Assembly: GCF_009914755.1 (NCBI RefSeq)
Contig: NC_060929.1
Direction: 5' to 3' (one strand)
Origin: the human T2T-CHM13v2.0 reference genome, Homo sapiens
Length of the DNA stretch: 64,000 bases
The notes under the pieces are model-generated. The model was not told the origin of the DNA. It searched no databases and worked only from the letters and a program-made list of their open reading frames with translations. Numbering within the stretch: position 1 is the stretch's first letter; every line of letters starts with the position of its first letter. The translations under genes and the position numbers were made by a program. Shown here in pieces: positions 1 through 14,344 of the stretch.

Positions 1-364
1 CAGCAGAGCTGCATTCCTCCTTGAGGCTCTAGGAGAACTCTTTTTATTTTTTCCTTTTCTCCTGTATTCTTCAACTTGTGGTTGCATCATTCTGACCTCT
101 TTTTCTATCATGATGTATCTTTCTCCAACTCTGAACCCTCCTGGCACTTTCTTATAAAGACCTTGTGATTCCATTGAGTCCACCTGGATATTTCAGAATA
201 ATCTTCCCATCTCAAGACATTAGGGTGGTGCAAAAGTAATTGCTGTTCTTACCATTCAAAGTAATGGTAATATCTTAAATCAAGCACATCTTTAAAGCCA
301 TCTGTACTGGCTTTGGGCATTCAAACGTGAACATTGTTGAGGGGCCATTATTCTACTTACAACA
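1..364 (-). mobile_element. MLT1-type (MaLR) LTR fragment
   Basis: Contains cttataaagaccttgtgattccattg..ggatatttcagaataatcttcccatctcaaga and ends ggggccattattctacttacaaca, the reverse complement of the MLT1 5' terminus; runs off the window start. Confidence 0.7.
220..270. mobile_element. Truncated MADE1 (Hsmar1-derived MITE) inserted in the MLT1 LTR
   Basis: ttagggtggtgcaaaagtaattgctgttcttaccatt matches the MADE1/Hsmar1 TIR TTAGGTTGGTGCAAAAGTAATTGCGGTTTTTGCCATT; the second TIR is largely missing. Confidence 0.8.
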
Positions 365-399
365 ATTTGTAACCAATTAAACCAAAAAGAATCAAGGGA

Positions 400-2105
400 G
401 AACTGTCATTCTAAAGTTTATCTGGACAGGTAAAAGACCCAGAACAGCTACCACAATATTGAAAAATAAGAACAAAATTTCAGGACTGATTTCCTACTGC
501 CAGACTTAATATAAAGCCACAGTAATCAAAAAAGTATGACGTTGGCAAAATAATAGACAAATAAATAAATGAAACACAATAGATAGCCTAGAAATAGCTT
601 CACATAAATATAGTCAACTGATCTTTGACCAAAAAAAAAAAAAAAAAAAAACCGAAGGCAATACAATAGAGAAAAAAAAACCAGTCTTTTCAACAAGTGT
701 TGCTGAAACATTAGATAAGCAGAAAATTCATCTAAAATAAACAAATGAAAACAGAAACAACAAATGGTGCTGGAACTCCTGGATATCTACATGCAAGAAA
801 GTAGGTTTAAACACAGACCTTATACCCTTCACAAAAATTGTCCCAAAATGGTTTACAAGCCTAAATGTAAAATGAAAAACTATAAACTCCTGGAAGAGAG
901 CATTAGAGAAAATCTAGTTGACCTTGGGTATGGGGATGATTTTTAAATACAAGACCAAAGGCATGATATCCTCGAGAAAGTAACTGATAATCTGGAGAAG
1001 GGAAGCCATGGACTGGGAGAAAATATTTGCAAAAAAAAATGCCTGATAAAGGTTATCATCTGAAATATACAAAAAAAAAAAAAAAACACTCAAAGTCCAA
1101 TAATAAGAAAACACAGAACCTAATTAAAGAATAGGTGAAAGACCTCAATAGATATTTCACTAAAGAACACATGACAATGACAAATGAGAACACAAAAAGG
1201 TGCTCTGTGTCATATGTCATTAGGGAAATGCAAATTAAAACAAAAATAAAATACCATTACCTGCCTATTATAAGAGCGAGAACACTGAGAACACCAAATG
1301 CTGACAAAGATGTGGAGCATAGGAACTCTCATTGCCAGTGTAAATGTAAAATGGTGTAGGTACTTGGGAAGACAATTTATCACTTACAAAATTAAGCACA
1401 CTCTTACTACTCAGTCCAGCAATCATGCTCCATAGTATTTATCCAAATGAGTCGAAAACTTACATACACACAAAAACCTGCACACAGATGTTTATAGCAG
1501 CTTTACTCATAATTCCCCAAGCTTGGAAGCAACCAATAAGCCTTTCTCAATCAGAGAATAGAATTAAATGTATCTATTTAGTAAAATATTATTTAGGACT
1601 GAAAAAACACTGAGCTATAAGGCCATGAAAAGACACGGAGGAACCTTAAATGGACACTACTCAGTAAAAGAAGAAAGTCCATATTCTGTACGACTCCAAC
1701 TATAAGGCATGATGGAAAAGGTAAAACTATGGAGACACTAAAAATATCAGTGGTTTAAAGTCATTATGAAGAAGGGAAGGATGAATAGGAAGAACATAAA
1801 GGAGTTTTAAGCAGTGAAACTATTCTGTCTGATACTATAATGGTGAATATATGTTATTGGAAATACGTCTAAACCTATAAAATGTGTAATACCAAGAGTG
1901 AACCCTAATGTAAACTATAGACAGAGTGACAATAATGTGTCAGTGTAAGTTCATCAATTGTAACAACAAATGTACCACTCTGGTATGAGCAGTTGATATT
2001 GTGGGAGGCTATGCTTGTGTGAGAGAAGGAGTTATATTGGAAATCCCTCTACCTTCTGCTTAATTTTTTGTGAACCTAAAACTGCTCTAAAAACTAATGT
2101 CTTAT
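400..2105 (+). mobile_element. Old L1 (L1MC-like) ORF2 3' end and 3'UTR, decayed
   Basis: L1 ORF2 motifs (caactgatctttgac, aacaaatggtgctgga, gggaaatgcaaattaaaac, cagatgtttatagcagc) and the L1MC-type end tgtgaacctaaaactgctctaaaaa. Confidence 0.85.
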
Positions 2106-2162
2106 ACAATGAACAAACAAAAAAGATAAAGCATTGTTGCAAGATTTTAATAAATGGCTATA

Positions 2163-2316
2163 CAGATGCTACGTGACTTACAATATGGTTATATCCTGAT
2201 ACATCCAACAAAGTCAAAAAATAAATAGTATATGTTGAAAATGCAATAAATACCTTGATAAGCCATCATAAAGTTGAAAATTGTAAGTCAAAGCATTAAA
2301 AGTAGCAACCATCTAG
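2163..2316. mobile_element. TcMar-Tigger MITE (MER47-like)
   Basis: Starts ta|cagatgctacgtgacttaca, ends ...accatcta with degenerate terminal inverted repeats; internal aagttgaaaattgtaagtc motif typical of this family. Confidence 0.6.
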
Positions 2317-2388
2317 AAATGGTAAAAAATTTTTAAATAAGAGAACAACCAAACATCAGTCTCTGAGAAGCCTTGAAACTCTAGATGC

Positions 2389-2946
2389 TGTCAGTCAGTG
2401 AGTGCAACCCTAGCTGCTTGCAGCTTCAAAGCCAAAATACAAAAACCAAAGTGTGATGAAAGGAAAGCAACTTTATGCAAATGCTAGCAGATTGGAAATG
2501 GTCAAACTCATGGCTCCAAAAGACTATCTCAAATTTTGGGACTGACTGAGGGGGTTTAAAAAAGGAAACTTGGAATGGGAAACATGACGGAGTGATGCAG
2601 GGTGTAGGTCTACATGTATTTTTCTGATGGCTATATTGAGTGGTTTTCCACCTGTTGTCCCAGCTGGCATCATCTGGACTGTGGCTGGATTGTAGATTAT
2701 CTACTTTGAGGTAAACTCTAGGTGGGTAAGAGTTCCATAGCTGGGTCACCATGTTTGGTTTGCTTTAAGATGAGCCCCTGAAGGTTCTAACTAAGCATGC
2801 CATTAGATAAACGTGCATGGTGCAAGGGAATGTCTCAAGGGAAAATAAGAGAAACAAAGAGGATGAAAGTACATTCCAAGGCTATATTCTGAGTTTAGAA
2901 AAAAAAAGCTTTAAGATTAATTTTATACCTAAAATGCTTGACTACA
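2389..2946 (-). mobile_element. 3' LTR of the provirus (family not confidently assigned)
   Basis: Aligns with 8372-8917 (gaaaggaaagcaacttt..caaatgctagcag; tgctttaagatg; aggctatatt); abutted by PPT gacaatgggggaat on the minus strand. Confidence 0.85.
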
Positions 2947-3489
2947 ATTCCCCCATTGTCATATTTTATTCCATTTCCGTGGAAAGTGGGCAACATATTT
3001 AATCTGGCTATTTTCTTGTGGAAAGGGACATAGTTAGGGAGAAATTGAACAGAACCTGTCTACTTAGAGTTGATCATATTCTTGAGTCCCTGGTCTTATA
3101 GAAGAGATTGCTGAGCATCACAGAAAGTACATAACAGAAATACAGTTCACAGCAGAAGAATAAACCTATTCTCATAATCACGGCTAAAACTCCAAGTAAT
3201 TTTCTTTCTGTCATCACAAGGGGCCTAATCCACATTATGTGGAGAGCCATTGACTTAAATAAATTGTGGAATCAGATATATTACTATTTTGCTTATGTGT
3301 ATCTTGTAGGACTGAGGATATGTTTCCAGAGTTATATGGAATGTACAGACAGCATTTAGTTTTAATTATTGTACACATTCCCCACTGTCAATTATACCAG
3401 GAGTTTCAGTGGGGATCTGATGACAGATTGGCTAAACAAACATATTTAGGTTATAGTAATAAAGTGGGAAAATTTTAAAAAATTTAAGT

Positions 3490-3910
3490 TAGACTAAAAT
3501 AAGCATAAAATGCCCCCCTCGAAATGAAAGTTAAAAAAAATTAACTGCCTTTCTGTAAAATTTGTAAAGCATTAACCACATCTCTCCCCTACATATAAGT
3601 TCTATAAGTTCCTGTTTTTCTTACTGTACTGCAAAGTCACAAAATTAATAAGCATGAGTTACAAAACATGTTTTCCCAAGATATAAACTAAATCTTAAAA
3701 ATGTCACCTGATAATTAACTACTTTTATTCTTGCTTCCATAAGCCTTCTTCCTGCATCACGTAATTACCACCTCAAGATACATAAAAGACATTTGTTTTC
3801 TTTGTTTGCTGCTCAGACTTTCAGGATGCATGTCTGCTGAGCCAGTGTACACCTAAAATAAACCCTCCTGAAACCCACTTGGTCTCTCTGGTTCTCTGAT
3901 TTCAAGCTAT
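3490..3910 (+). mobile_element. Nested solo ERV1 LTR, opposite orientation
   Basis: LTR-like architecture with cataaaag TATA-like and aaataaa poly(A) signals, ending tggtctctctggttctctgatttc; boundaries approximate. Confidence 0.55.
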
Positions 3911-4581
3911 GAATATTTATAAAGGTGGTGCTAGCACATGTTTCTTGAGCAAATATGCATGTAATATATGTCCCATGTTGATTTTGAGGTGGAGACTTAA
4001 TATTTAAGTGTATTTTAATTTTACCCTATACATTAAAATATCTCTTCAGGACACAAAGGCACATAAGTGTGCAATTTTTGCAGAACTAGTTGATGTTTGG
4101 TGGTCTTTTTTTCAGGAGAAAGTTACTGAAATCAGTCTTTTGTCTAATTAAAGCTGTAGTTATGGCTGTTAGAACAGGGGCTGGTAGTCAGTCAGCCTAT
4201 TTCAAGGCTGGTTCTTGTGTGGCTGCTAGAGAAAAAGAAAAACCTTGTGGCAGTTGGAACATAGTTTACTTTTTAAGTTTAGAAGGGTGTGCCTTAACGC
4301 TTGCCTAGCATGGTCTTAGAAAGTGTTTATAATGCAGTACATTCTTATTGTAAAGATCCTGTCAGTCCTGCAACCTCTATTTTACTGTTAATGCTGGTCA
4401 GTTGTGATTAAATTCCTGAGGAGGGAGGGTATTATGAGGTATGTCTGACCCACACCCCAACCCACAACTTTCTGTCATTTCTTGAACTCAGTTTTGTTTC
4501 TCTGGGGATCCCCTTTGGCTAAGAGAAGGACCATTCAGTCTATTGAGGGGCTTACAGTTCTATTTTATTTTGTTAGTTTAT
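3911..4581 (-). mobile_element. MER4-family LTR (partial) inside the provirus, with its own PPT
   Basis: Minus strand begins tataaactaacaaaataaaatagaactgtaagcccctcaatagactgaatgg, similar to the MER4B/D 5' end; abutted by ttcccccttttt (PPT on minus). Confidence 0.7.
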
Positions 4582-5830
4582 ATTCCCCCTTTTTGGTCAA
4601 GATATGCCAGAGGCAGTATTGACAGTCAAACTTTTATTTATTTTTTTCCATATTGATGCTGGGGTGGTGTGCTACGTGCTCTGGGTCCATCATGTGGGCA
4701 GGCACTTATTGACCCTTGAAACCCCTTTTAAGCAATATAACAGCCAAAAACCAAAAGCCAAAAAGTTAGGTTATAAAATTAACTTGTCTGTAAGTTTTAT
4801 ATGTTATCAGCTGTTTAGGCATATGTGTATTTATCCTTGATTTGGAGGGTATGACCTAATTTTATTCCTCCAAATCAGCTCTTACAATATCATGCACTCA
4901 CTTTTTCCATGATAGTCTCAGGGCCTGGAGACTTAAGTAAATGGTCTTAAATCCTAGAAGTAAAACAAAGCATAAAGAACAAGCAATGTTTTAAAGAAAA
5001 AAGTTAGAAGTGCTGCCTTGTTCTGAGAATGGCAGGAAAAGAAGCTCACAGGTAGCTAAACAGTTAAATCACTTAGCATCAAGGCATATAATAAATTATA
5101 GTAAGTTAAATAGAGGCAAAATCATTAAATGAGTATGTATGCCGTTGTATACAGGCCTGGTCCAGTGTCAACTGCAGGTAGTTTATCTTGATAGTCATCT
5201 TCTCCCAGATCTAAGGATGAGGATTTGATTAACTGGAATTTGGTGTCAGATATTCATAGAAGTCATTGTCTTATTTAGATGAGATACATGCAACCAGGAG
5301 TCAATGCTCTGAAACTTCATAGTACAAGGATTAGATAATAGAACCTCATAAGGACGTTTTTAAGGGGCTAAAGGTAGTGATACTGGAGTCCATGACCTGA
5401 CTGGAAGCTGTAAAATGATTTCATAACCTTGCAGTGATAAATTTTTATAGTTTGATAAATGGCAGCAATAAGCCATAGATAACATATAATTCAGTGTCAA
5501 AGATGTTAAAAGATTCAAAACATTTGATAAAAACAAATTTCTTTTATGAATTTTCTTTATAAACATTTTTACAGCTTACATAGACTATCTATGACATGCT
5601 CTGACTTTGTTTTGTCCTGAATTTTATTTTCTTAAATCATTTCATTTTGCTTTATCACATAAGATTCTTTCTCATACAAAATTACTTTTTTAAGTTTTTA
5701 GCAAAAAATACCTCTATAACATTTTTTGCATCTCTCTTTCTTACTGGTTTCTTTTATTTTGTTATATAAATAATTTTTGAATTAGACAAAATTATTTTTA
5801 TTAAGAATATGTTATGTTATTTTAAAATAA

Positions 5831-6178
<348 letters not shown>

Positions 6179-6603
6179 CTGTTAATAGTTTTTAAAGTCT
6201 GTGAAGACGAGGTGTTCATCTAAGTAAGAATTAAACACCTAGGCATTTTACCAATAACATAAAATTTAACTGTTTTTATTAAAATTAACAATATTAAATT
6301 AGTTTTATTTGTCAAAAAATTACACAAAGTTTATTCTTCTTTTAGCTGGACTTATTGTCCTATAAATTTGGTGCCACACCTTAAACCTTGTAATATCTAC
6401 CACAGATAAATATAAGACTGATTTAACCAACAAAAATGCAGTGACAATTCGGAAGACACTTCTATTTTTATTTTGTTAATAGTTTTGAAATCACTTTTAT
6501 TTATCTAAAATTGCTAAATTTATGTGAACTTGAAAAGCATTTGGACTTAATTTATGAGTGTCTATTTACTTCTAAGTCAATGTGATATTATTTTAGACAT
6601 CAC

Positions 6604-7017
6604 CCCCTAAATGTCTATCAATGATAGACCGGATTAAGAAAATGTGGCACATATACACCATAGAATACTATGCAGCCATAAAAAGGGATGAGTTCATGTC
6701 CTTTGTAGGGACATAGATGAAGCTGAAAACCATCATTCTGAGCAAACTATCGCAAAGACAGAAAAACAAACACTGCATGTTCTCACTCATAGGTGGGAAT
6801 TGAACAATGAGAACACTTGGACACAGGATGGGGAACATCACACACCAGGGCCTGTCATGGGGTAGGGGGAAAGGGGAGAGATAGCATTAGGAGATATACC
6901 TAGTGTAAATGACGAGTTAATGGGTGCAGCACACCAACATGGCACATGTATACATATGTAACAAACCTGCACGTTGTGCACATGTACCCTAGAACTTAAA
7001 GTATAATAATAAAAAAA
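6604..7017 (+). mobile_element. L1PA 3' end (5'-truncated)
   Basis: ggattaagaaaatgtggcacatatacacc...gtgcacatgtaccctagaacttaaagtataataataaaaaa. Confidence 0.95.
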
Positions 7018-8349
7018 GGACATAACGTATAAACATATCTAAATATATATACACACAAATAAAGATCTAATAACTTTTACCTCAGAATTTTTTCCAAATA
7101 TAGCAATATAAACTCACCATTTTTAAAAATACAGCTGGATCTAAATTATTTTTCTGAACAAATTGAAAAATTCACTAGGCTAAACTTTATTTTCCCTGAT
7201 AGCTAATCCAGGGAAAGCTGTGGACCAAAATTTTGGGTAAAGCAGGCTCTATGACAATTTGATTTTTTTAAAAGCCTCTTTTATTTTCTTGAGTTTCAAA
7301 TGAGTTTCCAATTTTACATTTTAGCTAGATCTGGCTAAAATGTATAAGAAAAACAAAATCTCCATGGAACCCTAAATAGGTGAATTTTATCTCAACACCA
7401 ATAGCTGAATAATAGCAGATTCAAAGAAGGAAGAAAAGAAAAGTGGAAAATATATACAGAGTTTAGAAACCTCTAGTTAACTCTATAGTTTCAGGTTAAC
7501 CATTTTGAGCTCTCAGTTTTTCCTATTGTAATTTGCCCATTTGTTTAAAATGTGCACAAAAACAGACTATAACATATAACCATCTCAAGTCTCAGTCTAG
7601 AAAAGAGTTCACATGCTTTCTTCACCCACAAAGCTTGACAAGATATATGAGATATTCTAGAGTCCCAAAGAGAATGGCAACATCAGGGGCCAGGAAGCTG
7701 GAACTGTTACTTCCCTAATGCAGAGAGGTGCAGCCTATGTTGGTGCTTTCTGACAACCATGTGGACTTGGTATTGTCTGGTGGAACCCCACTTTACAGAT
7801 GGAATAGAGACCATGTGAAACATTTACAAAGCAAAGAATATCAATAATCATAGACACAAACACAAATGGCTCTAATACAGAAGAGCACTCCAAACTGGTC
7901 CCCAAAAGGAGAGACTGAAGAAAAAGTACTAAAATCTTGTCTCAAATACAGACAGCACCACAAAATTACCTGTGCTAAACCCAGATGGCGCTAACTCAGA
8001 GAGCAGAGACGGAGGAGTCCCTAGAGCACTATAGTCAACTTACCCAGCTCTGAAGCCTGTCAGCTTCCTCAAGGCCACTTTCTTGTGTTAGCAAAGGGTT
8101 GCAGGCCACTTATGCTACAAGAGAGACATAAAGGAAATCCCTGGGACAAAAGCATCCTCAGCAGCTGCTGAGAGGTCTCTGGAGTCCCCAGCTACAGGGT
8201 CGACTATCCACAAGCAAATGACATTTATGAACAGCAATTACTCCACGTGGTAATGTGAACAGATAAGTCATAGCACACTGCTGCAGCCAATTGCTCCACT
8301 TATTGGAAACCAGGCAGAGACAGGCAGGCTAAGCTACTTGAATCACAGT

Positions 8350-8367
8350 TCCTCACATAGGGCACCA
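8350..8367 (-). other. Degenerate retroviral primer-binding site
   Basis: Minus strand TGGTGCCCTATGTGAGGA 4 nt after the 5' LTR; 13/18 match to the tRNA-Lys PBS TGGCGCCCAACGTGGGGC as I recall it, two mismatches being CpG decay. Confidence 0.55.
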
Positions 8368-8371
8368 AATG

Positions 8372-8917
8372 TGTAAGCAAACATAAGTCTGGCCACTTGC
8401 TGCTTGACAGCAAAAATAATAGAAGCAAAGTGAGGTGAAAGGAAATCAACTTTGTTCAAATGCTAGCAGTTGGGAAATGGCCAGACTTGTGCTTCAAAAA
8501 GATCATTTAAAATTTTAGGGTTGGCTAAGGAGGTTTATAAAAGGAAACCTGGTTTGGGAAACATACGGGAGTGGTGCATGGTGCAGCTCTGCACGTTTTG
8601 TCCTGATGGCTATCTTGAATTATTATCCACCTGTAATCCTAGCTGGAATCATCTGGATTGTGGACAGTTGTAAATTATTTACTTTGAGATAATATCTAGG
8701 TAGGGGAGGGTTCCACAGTTTGGTCTCCATGTCTGCTTTGCTTTAAGATGGGCCTCAGGAGCTTCTGAACAAGCATGTTATTGGGTAAGCATGCAAGGTA
8801 CAAGGGAATGTCTGATAGGAAAGGGAGAAAAAAAATATAGTACATCTGAAGGCTATATTTTGAGTTTAGAGAAAATAAGTGTTAAGATGCACTTTATAGC
8901 TAAGATGCTTATTTACA
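8372..8917 (-). mobile_element. 5' LTR of the provirus
   Basis: tgtaagc...atttaca, homologous to 2389-2946, followed by TSD atgc. Confidence 0.85.
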
Positions 8918-11831
8918 ATGCAATCTCCTAAAAGTCCCATTTTGCATGGTGAGATGCATGATAAACAAGTCCTTGCATATTAGTTTTTAGTTACTTTTCA
9001 TTTTAGACATGTATATGTTACATTAGAATATCCCTCCAAGTATGTTTTGAGTGCATTTATAAATTTTAATGTGTAATTTTTTCATTAATTTTCATTTATA
9101 ATTTTTCTTTTACCAAATAATGATTTAAAATATTTTACTGTTAATTTTGTGAGAGATATATATGTATATCAATAGACAGTTACACATAATTATACTATTG
9201 TTATACATTTCTAATTCTATAAAAATGTAGTTAGTGGTGGAATGATTTTTACAAAAATCAAAGTCAAGTATTGAAATCAATCTGATCTCAATACTCTAAA
9301 ACTACAATCATAGGAACAGTATGGTTGGTGTTGGTGTTAATATAAAAATTAAAAATTGAGATTCCAGTTTTGTGTATGCCTACATTTTCATGGCAATACA
9401 ATTGTGAACAGATATTATTTTCAACAATGAATAACTAAAAAAGATGTTTAGCCAAATTAAAAGAAATAATTAATCCCTTACAAAATATACAACAATTACT
9501 TTAAATAGGCTTATACCATTAAGGATAAAAGCTAAATGCACAAAATGACGAGAGAACATTTCTAGGAGAAAGTTCTCAACTGAAATATATGACTAGAAGT
9601 TAATGCTCTGAGATTTGGGGCTGTGGGTATTGTTACATTATTTCATTGAGCTACCTGTTTACCACTATAGTTATATTAGCCTTTTCCAAAAAACAAGGTG
9701 AGGAGGTAGGCAGGCACTTCAACTATTAAATCAGTAGCACTGCTAACTCAAACAGGCTTAAGGTGTAGTAGTGTGTTTCAGAAGTAATTAGATGCTTTGT
9801 AAACTTTATGACATCTTAAACTTGAAATACTAAATTCCAAGGGCAAGAAAGAAAATAAGGTAATATGGGTGAAAACATTATTTTAATAAGAGAAGTTATT
9901 TAAGCTGTATGTGTATTATTTGAAGATTATATAAAGTAATACATTTTTTAGCTTCTCTTTTATAAATATTATCAAAATTTCAAAACAGGACACATAGTTT
10001 TAAACCAACTATGGATAGGAGTTTTATAGCATTGCCACAATTATTTTTTTCAGACTAATTACAGATCAAAGTGAACAAAATTTAAATAGAATAATTCATC
10101 TAATAAGAAATTAACTTGCTAAATAACATGTGAAAACCTACTCTCTTTGTAAGTAACCAAGGAAAGGAAAATTAAAACTTTGGCTATGTCTGTCTATCAT
10201 GCCGGCAAAGATAAAAGAATAGTAAAGAATGCCCATAAAGAGTCAGTAAAGTTTTGATTGCATAGCTTGCATAATCTACGAACCTCATTGCTTATGGCTT
10301 CCATTTTTACATTGATACATAGTTCTTCTTTGTACAATTAAGCTAGTTAGTTATTTTATTCCAGTCACTACTTTTAAACAGTCAATTTTTATTTACTTTA
10401 TGGAAATTATTTGTATATACCATGATTTACTATTTTACCATGCCTTTGGTCTTTTGAGTTGATTTTTTTAGAGGGGTTTCATATAATTGATGTTGTTATT
10501 TTCCAAGTAAATAGATATGGTTAATATGGGATAATATGTATATTTACTCAATTTTAGTATGCATATTTACCCCTTTTCATATTATTGACCTTATATACTA
10601 ACTGCTACTCTTCCACTTTCATGTTAGAATTATCTTTGTTTTTCTGATTATTTATGTTCTTTTCTATTAGGCTTATATATATTTCTATAAACATTATACT
10701 TGAGTTTTGTTTTATATTCCAGTCCAAGAATACTTGTCTGTAATGGGGTCTCATTTTTCTTGATAGGTCAGGTACATACAGCACAGCTGAAAATTTGGCC
10801 TAATTTACTTACTTTCCTTCATCTGCATTCTCCTCTGCTGCTGTGCCAGTCTGTATGTTCACACTATTCTACATGCCATTGCAGTTACTTAACATGCTGT
10901 GTTGTGCTTCCTCTCCTCACAATTTATTTTCTCCCTATGCTATTATAGTCACTATCCCACTTTGAAGTTCAACTGAATATAAATCAGTCCTAAATTCTAT
11001 CTCCAGCCAGTCCTTTCTCAGAAATCTGAGATTCTCCCTGAAAACAGTATTTTTATTCATTCATATTTAAGTCATGACTTAGTCTTGACTAGTTTAATTC
11101 ATAAGTGTAACCTGTATCTGCATCTCCATTGCCTCCTTGGTTGTTAAATGTATAATTGCTTCTTACCTCATGGCAGTGTTTCCCTTTTTCCACGTTACTT
11201 TAGCTGTATTCAAACCTATTTGCTACAGGTTGAGATCAAAGTGATCTTTCCAAAATGTTTATATGACCTAACCACTCACATTGTCATAAATGCTTATAAC
11301 TTACTTTACATTGCTGATAATTAAGTTAAAAATTCTTATCTTTGCCAACCATGTCCTACCCATCCCTACAGATTACTTCATAATACCATTTACTTTCCTC
11401 TCAAGCCTGTCTTATGGGCCTTTTTCAGTTTCTGCAACATCCTACTTCTCTCTCCCATGCAACTTTTCTCACTTTCTTCTCATAATTAGCTTGTCACTGT
11501 ATTTTATTTTTCAGTCTAATTCCAACTCATTCTTTAGAATTAATTGCTAAATTAGGGGCCCCTGATTTATTGCCATCTATGACTAGGGTAGGCCCTCTAA
11601 TCACAATTATCCAATAACAATATATATTTCTCACTTGTAACATTTGTAATCCCTGATAGATTTAAACTCTATGAAGGAAAACATGAGTATTCCCTGCTAA
11701 ACTCTAAGATTGTGCATAATCTCTCTCACGTTGAATTTATATTAGTAATAAAGCATCACATTTTTATTATCATAAAGAGAAACATTTTATTTTGGTAAAA
11801 CTTTGAGTTCAAAGTCTTAAATATTAAAAGA

Positions 11832-12153
<322 letters not shown>

Positions 12154-12526
12154 TCATTGACATACTCAAATACTGACACAACAAATAGACTCTGAAGCTG
12201 TTATTTCATCTTTCTTTTCTCATTTTTGAGTAAAATTATGAAATAAATATAACTAAATCTGAAATAAAATAATCTCAGAGAAGAAAAAGAACATTTTAAA
12301 AGCTAGCTATAAAGAGCAATCTTCCTACCCCTAAACGTTTTACTATCAGCATTAATTAGACATAAGCCTGAATTTTTTTCCTCCTAGGTGCCCTGAAGTT
12401 GGTTGAATCATCATTACAAATCTTGTTTGGTGGGCTTGCTAAAGTGTATGTAGGGCTATATGTCGTACAGAATTTATATCAGGACATTAAAAGTGATTTG
12501 AGAACCTATTAAAAAATTAGCTTAAT

Positions 12527-13603
12527 TATCAGGGGAACCTGCCCCTGACAATTCAATGTTATTTCACGTAGGTTCTTTTCTATTTCCCTAAGTGTCTGCT
12601 GGTTTAAGAAATAAAGGGAAAGAGCACAAAAGAGAGAAATTTTAAAGCTGGGTGTCCAGGGGAGACATCACATGTTGGCAGGTTTGTGATGCCCCCTGAG
12701 CCGTAAAACCAGCAAGTTTTTATTAGCAATTTTCAAAGGGGAGGGATTGTATGAATAGGGTGGGGGTCACAGAGACCACATGCTTCACAAGGCAATAAGA
12801 TATTACAAGGCAAATGGAGGCAGGGTGAGATCACAGGACCTGGATAAAATTAAAATTGCTAATGAAGTTTCGGGCATGCATTGTCATTGATAACATCTTA
12901 TCAGGAGACAGGGTTTGAGAGCAGACAACTGGTCTGAACAAAATTTATTAGGTGGGAATTTCCTCATCCTAATAGGCCTGGGAGCACTACAGGAGACCGG
13001 GGCTTATTTCTTCCCTTATCTGCAACTGTAAAAGACAGACGTTCCCAGAGCGGCCATTTCAGAGGCCTCCCACTAGGAATGCATTCTCTTTCTCAGGGCT
13101 GTTCCTTGCTGAGAAAAAGAATTCAGTGATATTTCTCTTACCCATTTTTGTAATAAGAGAAATATGGCTGTGTCCTGCCTGGCCCACAGGCAGCCAGACT
13201 TTAAGGTTATCTCCCTTGTTCCCTTAAAATCACTGTTATCCTGTTCTTAAGGTGCCCAGATTTCATATTGTTCAAACACACATGATCTACAAACAATCTG
13301 TGCAGTTAACACAATCATCACAGGGTCCTGAGGTGACTTACATCCTCAGCTTACAAAGATGACAGGATTAAGAGATTAAAGTAAAGACAGGCATAGGAAA
13401 TCACAAGATTATTGATTGGGAAAGTGATAAATGTCCATGAAATCTTCACAGTTTATGTTCAGAGATTACAGTAAAGACAGGCATAAGTAATTATAAAAGT
13501 ATTAATTTGGGGAACTGATAAATGTCCATGAAATCTTCACAATTTATGTTCTGCCATGGCTTCAGCCAGTCCTTCCGTTCAGAGTCCCTGACTTCCCGCA
13601 ACA
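12527..13603 (-). mobile_element. MER11 solo LTR (HERV-K11/HML-8)
   Basis: Minus strand begins tgttgcgggaagtcagggac; 1077 bp; internal gtaaagacaggcata tandem units; 6-bp TSD cttaat/cttgat. Confidence 0.9.
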
Positions 13604-14046
13604 CTTGATCATTCAAAATAACATTACTTTACTTATTAATAAATCTAATCAGTATTTTGAAATTGCTCATATCTAATATTTTTAAGAGTACCTGATTATT
13701 TTAGCATTATTGAGGTATAATTGTTATTAAAAGTATTATGTACATTTAATATGTACATTTTCATGTGTTTAGACATATGTACCTACCCAACCATTACATT
13801 CCTTAAGCCTCAATTTTCTACCCCTTTATTTATGTTGCACAATATGGCAACTCATATAAGCTTGCCATTTTGGATTACCCGTCTTATTTTTCCATATTTT
13901 GATTTAAGTACTTAATCTCTGAATAAGGGTCATGAAGACTTAAAAATTCTATAGGGTGTAACTGCAAGCTACTGTCTAAGCATCAATGTCTCCAAATCAT
14001 AGGTAATAAAAGATGCAATCTTGTTCAATTTAAAAAAATAACTCAA

Positions 14047-14344
14047 GGCCGGGTGCAGTGGCTCACGCCTGTAATGCCAGCACTTTGGGAGGCCGAGGCG
14101 GGTGGATCACGAGGTCAGGAGATCGAGACCATCCTGGCTAACATGGTGAAAACCCGTCTCTACTAAAAACACAAAAAATTAGCCAGGCCTGGTGGGGGGC
14201 ACCTGTAGTCCCAGCTACTCAGGAGGCTGAGGCCGGAGAATGACGTGAACCCAGGAGGCGGAGCTTGCAGTGAGCCAAGATTGCGCCACTGCACTCCAGC
14301 CTGGGCAACAGAGCAAGAATCTGTCTCAAAAAAAAAAAAAAAAA
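14047..14344 (+). mobile_element. AluY
   Basis: Full dimer, gagatcgagaccatcctggctaac, poly(A), TSD-like aataactcaa/aaaacctcaa. Confidence 0.95.

Noticed and set aside
764-1613. ORFs resembling reverse-transcriptase C-terminal peptides (IREMQIKT, CTQMFIAAL)
   Set aside because: Frameshifted remnants of L1 ORF2
13375-13552. ~90-bp tandem repeats resembling an array
   Set aside because: Intrinsic to the MER11 LTR; not CRISPR-like, no unique spacers
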